From: Eledone cirrhosa
Taxonomy: Eukaryota
Length of the DNA: 25,919 nucleotides
Assembly (NCBI GenBank): GCA_964016885.1
Contig: CAXHJY010001107.1
Span: 1 to 25,919, forward strand
Direction of reading: 5' to 3'
A model generated the notes under the pieces. That model was not told the DNA's origin. It worked only from the letters and a program-made list of their open reading frames with translations, and ran no database searches. Positions 24,741 through 25,919 of the stretch are shown in pieces; positions within the stretch are counted from its first letter, which is position 1, and each line of letters begins with the position of its first letter. The position numbers were made by a program, and so were the translations under genes.

Positions 24741-25350
24741 GTAGTAGACTGTAGTAGACTGTAGTAGACTGTAGTAGACTGTAGTTGACTGTGGTAGACT
24801 GTAGTAGACTGTAGTAGTAGACTGTAGTAGTAGACTGTAGTAGACTGTAGTAGACTGTAGTAGACTGTAGTAGACTGTAGTAGACTGTAGTAGACTGTAG
24901 TAGTAGACTGTAGTAGACTGTAGTAGACTGTAGTAGACTGTAGTAGACTGTAGTAGACTGTAGTAGACTGTAGTAGTAGACTGTAGTAGACTGTAGTAGA
25001 CTGTAGTAGACTGTAGTAGTAGACTGTAGTAGACTGTAGTAGACTGTAGTAGTAGACTGTAGTAGACAGTAGTAGACTGTAGTAGTAGACTGTAGTAGAC
25101 TGTAGTAGACTGTAGTAGACTGTAGTAGACTGTAGTAGACTGTAGTAGACTGTAGTAGACTGTAGTAGTAGACTGTAGTAGACTGTAGTAGACTGTAGTA
25201 GTAGACTGTAGTAGACAGTAGTAGACTGTAGTAGTAGACTGTAGTAGACTGTAGTAGTAGACTGTAGTAGACTGTAGTAGTAGACTGTAGTAGACTGTAG
25301 TAGTAGACTGTAGTAGACTGTAGTAGACTGTAGTAGTAGACTGTAGTAGA

Positions 25351-25919
25351 TATTATATGGCTTGGAAATAATTCCTACTGTTGTCTTACGATACAATCAG
25401 GCACGATATGTCGCAAGAAAGACAGTAAAATCGTCCAAGGTTGTTAATGGGAGGACTTTGGGGTGAAGCTGGATTCCGACTTCATATCTGCTGTAAAGTG
25501 TTCTGCAGACGATCCGCCGACTTTTTAATGAGATGCTCTCCTCCACACTTTCTATCAAGTACTCATATGTGGTCCTCCTCTCTTCAGAAAGGTACATCTG
25601 TGTAGGTGAAGATAATACTTATCTGTCTCCCAAACCCGATCTTAACAGCATCTTCGGATATAGACGAGGTGCATCTGGGAGCAGTGACTAATCTCTCGGA
25701 GGCTGAGGTCGCAAGAGCAGTCAAAGAGCTCAAATGTAGCAAAGCCGCTGGGGAAGTTGAAATCCAGCCCGTGATGTTAAAATCCTTAAATCGGGAAAGT
25801 ATTCTTTGGCTAATTCGTTTGTACTGGGTGGCCTGGATCTTTGGAAAGACACCTAAGCAATGGCAATCGGGAGTGATAATCCCAATTTTCAACAACGGAG
25901 ACAAGTGAGATTGTTCCAA
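25351..25919 (+). mobile_element. Degenerate non-LTR retrotransposon (LINE) fragment, RTE clade (Rex3/Expander-like); lacks its 5' part and runs off the right edge of the window
   Basis: Manual translation across frames gives YMAWK (25354-25368), RYNQARYVARKTVKSSK (25389-25439), WEDFGVKLDSDFISAVK (25448-25498), QTIRRL...LLSSE (from 25506), R*R*YLS (from 25604), then LPNP...EAEVARAVKELKCSKAAGEVEIQPVMLKSL...WLIRL...AW..GKTPKQWQSGVIIPIFNNGDK*DCS. This matches the motif order I recall for RTE/Rex3-type ORFs (YRAW..RY.QA..WEEFG..DF..FWQT.RRL..RWKEYF.DLLNP..EV..L..GKA.G.DEI.PEMLK..P.DW..GV..P.FKKGD...C.NYRGI). Family assignment is from memory, not from a database search. Confidence 0.88.
25354..25919 (+). 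pseudogene. Disrupted LINE ORF (endonuclease-RT linker and pre-RT region); includes track ORF 25606..25908
   Basis: The conserved motifs fall in different frames, with shifts near 25370, 25447, 25498-25505, 25600 and 25625. In-frame stops occur at TGA 25607-25609 and TAA 25613-25615 (the expected W and E of RWxEY) and at TGA 25906-25908, after which homology continues (GAT TGT TCC AA = D C S N). Confidence 0.85.

Larger units (their letters stand above)
10..25350. repeat. Long tandem simple-satellite array, consensus (GACTGTAGTA)n / reverse complement (TACTACAGTC)n, interspersed with 13-bp GACTGTAGTAGTA units; roughly 2,400 units estimated from length, not counted
   Basis: Read directly: a continuous single-orientation repeat runs from ~10 to ...CTGTAGTAGA at 25350, followed by unique sequence TATTATATGG. 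I saw no non-repeat insertion inside it. Confidence 0.99.

Noticed and set aside
10-25350. CRISPR array or other repeat-spacer system
   Set aside because: There are no unique spacers, the units are only 10-13 bp, and no cas-like or other prokaryotic genes are present.
10-25350. Canonical telomere repeat or G-quadruplex array
   Set aside because: There is no TTAGGG/TTAGG-like unit and no GG run in the consensus. Only a non-canonical terminal role remains possible (see findings).
10-25350. Whole array as a sequencing artefact
   Set aside because: Ordered rare substitutions recur at fixed long-range offsets and the junction to genomic LINE sequence is clean, which indicates a real templated array, although its length and indels may be inaccurate.
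23090-25396. 768-aa minus-strand ORF
   Set aside because: It starts at TTG in antisense LINE sequence and then simply reads the satellite until a TATTAG variant falls in frame. It has no domain content.
25397-25597. 66-aa minus-strand ORF
   Set aside because: It is antisense to the decayed LINE ORF and shows no recognisable motif.
25606-25908. 100-aa plus-strand ORF as an intact gene
   Set aside because: It is one frame-segment of the LINE pseudogene. It has a GTG start, LINE-like motifs begin upstream in other frames, and they continue past the TGA.
25584-25919. 111-aa minus-strand ORF
   Set aside because: It is the antisense shadow of the LINE pre-RT region; the recognisable homology is on the + strand.

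Overview
This window is eukaryote-like and essentially non-genic. About 25.3 kb (~10-25350) is one uninterrupted, single-orientation tandem array with the grammar GACT(GTA)n. The main unit is the 10-mer GACTGTAGTA (n=2), a 13-mer (n=3) is frequent, and n=1 or n=4 units are rare. Rare point variants act as barcodes that reveal hidden higher-order structure: a ~2.7 kb block repeated at ~10.2 kb offset (with a possible noisier third copy about halfway), a block repeated at a 1338-bp offset, and regional variant domains. The array abuts, with no spacer, a degenerate RTE-clade (Rex3/Expander-like) non-LTR retrotransposon fragment (25351-25919, + strand). This fragment covers the endonuclease-to-RT linker and the run-in to the RT domain, and carries several frameshifts and stops. 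The long minus-strand ORFs are by-products of a repeat strand that has no stop codon. I cannot demonstrate a new system. The most interesting open question is whether this is a chromosome-terminal array with a non-canonical motif, or an ordinary satellite.
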